A stretch of DNA of 33,986 bases, from positions 1-33,986 of the IMG/VR virus record IMGVR_UViG_3300043399_000528; one strand, written 5' to 3'. The position numbers and the translations under genes were made by a program. The notes beneath the pieces were generated by a model that worked only from the letters and a program-made list of their open reading frames with translations, was not told the origin of the DNA and did not search any database. Positions 31,468-33,986 of the stretch are shown here, piece by piece. Source of the stretch: a virus. Numbering within the stretch: position 1 is the first letter of the stretch; each line of letters starts with the position of its first letter.

Positions 31468-32490
31468 TCAGGATTGGGATTGAGCTTTGAATGCGGCTTC
31501 GACACGTGCGAGGCCGGTGAGTTCGGGGCCTTGGGGCGGTTCTTCGGTGCGGCCTGCGAGGACCGTCTTGCCCGAGAGAGCAGGGTTTGCAGGGATGGCA
31601 TTGAGCGCCTTCACTGCGTCCGGGTTGGCGATGATCGAGGAGCGCCAGAAGCTCTTGGTCGCGTCGTCCTGTGGGGCGATGCGGCCGGCCTTGACTGCTT
31701 CTTCGATGGCGGCGTCGGCGGCGGAAGAGGCCTTGGTGGCGAGCTCGTCCATCAGCTTCTTGTTCGCTGCTTCGAGCTCGTCATATTTGACCTTCATGTC
31801 GGCGAGTTCATCCTCGGCGGACTTCTTAGCCACGTTGGCGGCTTCGACGGTTTCGACCTGCGCGGCAGCTTCCCGGAGGGAGGCGAGCGTGGCCTTGGCG
31901 GTTTCGAGGGCTTGATCGGGCGCGCAAGACGCCTCCACGAGCCCGAGTTCGATCAGGTGATCCATGTCGGATTGGGGTGGTTCGGTGTGAGATGCGGCGA
32001 TCCGCGGGATTTCCTCGAATGCCGGGTCGTTCACCAGACTGCCGACCTCCCCGCGAGTCGTCAGACCGGTGGGGATGCCGTCTTTCGAGACGAGGAAGGT
32101 GGGAGAGAAATATGAGTAGTCGCGGCCCTCGATGGCGGCGCGGCCGGCGCTGGTCCATTCGACATCCAGAAGCAGCCCGACTCCGGGCTCATAGCGGAAC
32201 GACTGAGGGATGAACGAGGCGGCGCCGGCTTTGTGATCGAAGCCGGCAAACGGCCGGACGTTCGACTCTTGCCGGCGGGCGAGGTCTTCGGAGAACGACG
32301 CCAGAACCCGGTCGTCGACGGTCACGGTGAGCGTCTTCGGCTTGCCGCCCACGCTCGCGGTGATCTGGTGCGTGCCCTCGGGCAAGAACACAATCGAGCC
32401 CGACTCGGAGAGCTCGGACTGGAACGCGCAGTTGACTGTCAGGCCGGTCATCTGGCGAAACCTTAGTAAATTGCTCAGGATAGTCAACAT
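31468..32490 (-). CDS. Prohead protease / scaffold fusion (Mu gpI-like)
   Basis: The N-terminal half has GFDHKAGAASF...LLLDVEWTSAGRAAIEGRDYSYFSPTFLV...GSLVNDPAFEEI, the Mu I family pattern. The C-terminal half is an Ala/Glu/Lys-rich coiled coil typical of a scaffold. Confidence 0.7.
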   Translation of the reverse strand: MLTILSNLLRFRQMTGLTVNCAFQSELSESGSIVFLPEGTHQITASVGGKPKTLTVTVDDRVLASFSEDLARRQESNVRPFAGFDHKAGAASFIPQSFRYEPGVGLLLDVEWTSAGRAAIEGRDYSYFSPTFLVSKDGIPTGLTTRGEVGSLVNDPAFEEIPRIAASHTEPPQSDMDHLIELGLVEASCAPDQALETAKATLASLREAAAQVETVEAANVAKKSAEDELADMKVKYDELEAANKKLMDELATKASSAADAAIEEAVKAGRIAPQDDATKSFWRSSIIANPDAVKALNAIPANPALSGKTVLAGRTEEPPQGPELTGLARVEAAFKAQSQS

Positions 32491-32497
32491 TGCAAAT

Positions 32498-33103
32498 TCA
32501 GGTGGTCTCGAAGAACTGGATCAAGCTGGATAGCGACTGATTCAGGAACGCGTCGAGGTAGCTGTTTTCCGGCGGAAGCGCGCCAGGCCAAGGGCGATGG
32601 GTGACGCTGCGCTTGAGCGCATAGGCGGCCTTGACCTCGTCGGTCTGCGGATCTTTGAAGAGCAGCATGCCCTTCGCCTGGAACAGCGGCGCGATCGTGC
32701 GCGAGAACGTGCGGGTATTCAGTCCGTGAGCCTCGGGCGTCACGGGGATCGTGAGGAACTTCTTCCGCTTCGCTCGGATCGTGCCGCCAGTGATCTTGTG
32801 CGCGAGGCCGACGGTCCCGTTGACCATGCTGACGGAGTAACTGTTCGTCTGGCGAAGTGACCAGCCGGTCTCAGTCGAGCGCCACCACTGCGACGGAACG
32901 CGGCCCGGGCCATGCGTCGGCAAGCTGGAGTTGATCCAGCCGAAGCGCCCCTTCCGCGCGTAGTAACCTCGCACCACGTTCATCGCGGCCAAGCCGCCGT
33001 CGTAGACCGCCGCCCGCCGTGCGGCAGGAGATGTAAGACGGATCGCCGCCAGCTTTGCCTCCTGCGCACCGGAGACGCTGACCTTGATGTCAAGCTTCGC
33101 CAT
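32498..33103 (-). CDS. Virion morphogenesis protein candidate (Mu gpG position)
   Basis: 201 aa from MAKLDIKVSV... ...NGTVGLAHKITGGTIRAKRKKFLTIPV resembles the morphogenesis / HK97 gp10-type motif. The assignment is weak. Confidence 0.35.
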   Translation of the reverse strand: MAKLDIKVSVSGAQEAKLAAIRLTSPAARRAAVYDGGLAAMNVVRGYYARKGRFGWINSSLPTHGPGRVPSQWWRSTETGWSLRQTNSYSVSMVNGTVGLAHKITGGTIRAKRKKFLTIPVTPEAHGLNTRTFSRTIAPLFQAKGMLLFKDPQTDEVKAAYALKRSVTHRPWPGALPPENSYLDAFLNQSLSSLIQFFETT

Positions 33104-33332
33104 TTTCGAGCCCTCGGATGATGGCCTCCCCGATCTCCGCTTCCAGAGCATCGGCGAGAGCCTGCTGATTGAGTTGCGAGAACATGCGCGGGATGCGGTC
33201 GACCATCTCGTCGACGGCGGCCATGAACGCGCCGGGCGTCATCGTCCGGCTTTGCTCGATCAGCTCGCCGAGCGCCTCGTCCATCGGGGCGAGCCACTCG
33301 GCAGCAAGTTCGCGCATGTCGGCCTTGGTCAT
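33090..33332 (-). CDS. Hypothetical protein, 80 aa
   Basis: Start MTKADMRELAAEW at 33332 forms an ATGA overlap with the portal stop (33329). Confidence 0.5.
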   Translation of the reverse strand: MTKADMRELAAEWLAPMDEALGELIEQSRTMTPGAFMAAVDEMVDRIPRMFSQLNQQALADALEAEIGEAIIRGLENGEA

Positions 33333-33986
33333 TCCGCTTCGATCTGCTTGAGCTTCGATTCCGCCCACTTCTTGCCGGCGTCGCCGCCCCATCCGTTCCA
33401 CGCCTGCCAGCCCTTGCCTTTCGCGCCCCATGTCTCGCCCTGCTTGTCCACCTCGTGGCGGGCGAAAAACGAGACCATGCGCTTCACGGTGTCGGGCGTG
33501 AGGTTGGTCCGGTTGATGATGTCACGGGCGCGGGCGAGGCCGACGGCGGTCATGCCGCGCTCCGAGACCGGCTTTGTGCGGCGGATGTCCAAGGCGTCCT
33601 GCGCGGCGCGGGCCATCTCCTCAGTCGGTCGCAGGTCGATCTCGTCTTCCCGGGCTGCCGTGAGCGGATCCAGCAGCGGCTCGGGGTCTTCCTCCTCGCC
33701 GAAGATCGCTTCTCCGTCGACTGGCTCGGGGATTTCGAGCTCCTCGTAAACCCAGCGGGCTGGCATCTTGACGCCGGTCTCGACGAGGATCTTGAAGCGC
33801 TCGGCGGCGGCCTTGGCATCCTTCGCCCGGGGGATGACGATCTCGGCGTATGGCATGTCCTCCGCTGGGACCGCGCCGAAATTCATTCGCACAATCGCCG
33901 GGATGAGCTGCTCGGTGATGATCGACGCCACCCACGAGGCCACCGACTGGATGACCTCCACGCGGATCCCCTCATGGACCTCGCCA
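33329..33986 (-). CDS. Portal protein, C-terminal part (continuation of 1..1092 through the circular junction)
   Basis: The frame is open to the window edge. The last 127 nt duplicate 1-127. The 'M' at 33961 in the ORF track is an internal GTG (Val). Confidence 0.8.
   Translation of the reverse strand, partial: GEVHEGIRVEVIQSVASWVASIITEQLIPAIVRMNFGAVPAEDMPYAEIVIPRAKDAKAAAERFKILVETGVKMPARWVYEELEIPEPVDGEAIFGEEEDPEPLLDPLTAAREDEIDLRPTEEMARAAQDALDIRRTKPVSERGMTAVGLARARDIINRTNLTPDTVKRMVSFFARHEVDKQGETWGAKGKGWQAWNGWGGDAGKKWAESKLKQIEAE
33860..33986. repeat. Terminal direct repeat, identical to 1..127
   Basis: Base-by-base identity with the window start. Confidence 0.95.

Overview
The window is a complete, circularly closed genome of a GC-rich tailed phage. 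Bases 1-127 are identical to 33860-33986, so the unique length is 33,859 bp and no host flanks are present. Every credible gene, about 52 CDS plus one tRNA, lies on the minus strand. The long plus-strand ORFs are antisense shadows of a high-GC genome.

In transcription order (descending coordinates):
- Late operon (4311 down to 19275, wrapping through the junction): Mu-F-like head protein, TerS, TerL, DUF935/Mu-gp29-like portal (split by the junction), Mu-I-like protease/scaffold, major capsid, head-tail adaptors, tail tube, a 660-aa Ig-repeat/glycine-rich protein, tape measure, hub-like protein, fibre, then holin-like, DUF1353 and M15 endolysin genes. An initiator-like tRNA-Met and a terminator follow.
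- RecE-like exonuclease / HTH / RecT unit (18935-17077).
- An accessory unit that includes a small protein with an SSB-type C-terminal tip.
- A long replication unit: many small genes, an SF2 helicase, a 15-aa tandem-repeat protein, a VRR-NUC nuclease and a primase-helicase.
- A short unit ending in a DnaA-domain-IV-like HTH gene.

No integrase, transposase or repressor-type divergent gene is visible. Genes are mostly joined by ATGA/GTGA overlaps, and no Shine-Dalgarno sites are seen. All family assignments come from motif recognition by eye and need HMM or structure searches.

Items most worth follow-up:
- the AT-rich island flanked by GTAAC repeats at 4430-4753
- the glycine-rich gene sitting in the tail-chaperone slot
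- the SSB-tip mimic
- the initiator-like tRNA with a C1:C72 mismatch
- a frameshifted gene at 12016-12602
- an 8 x 45-bp in-frame repeat
- a recurring promoter/operator module
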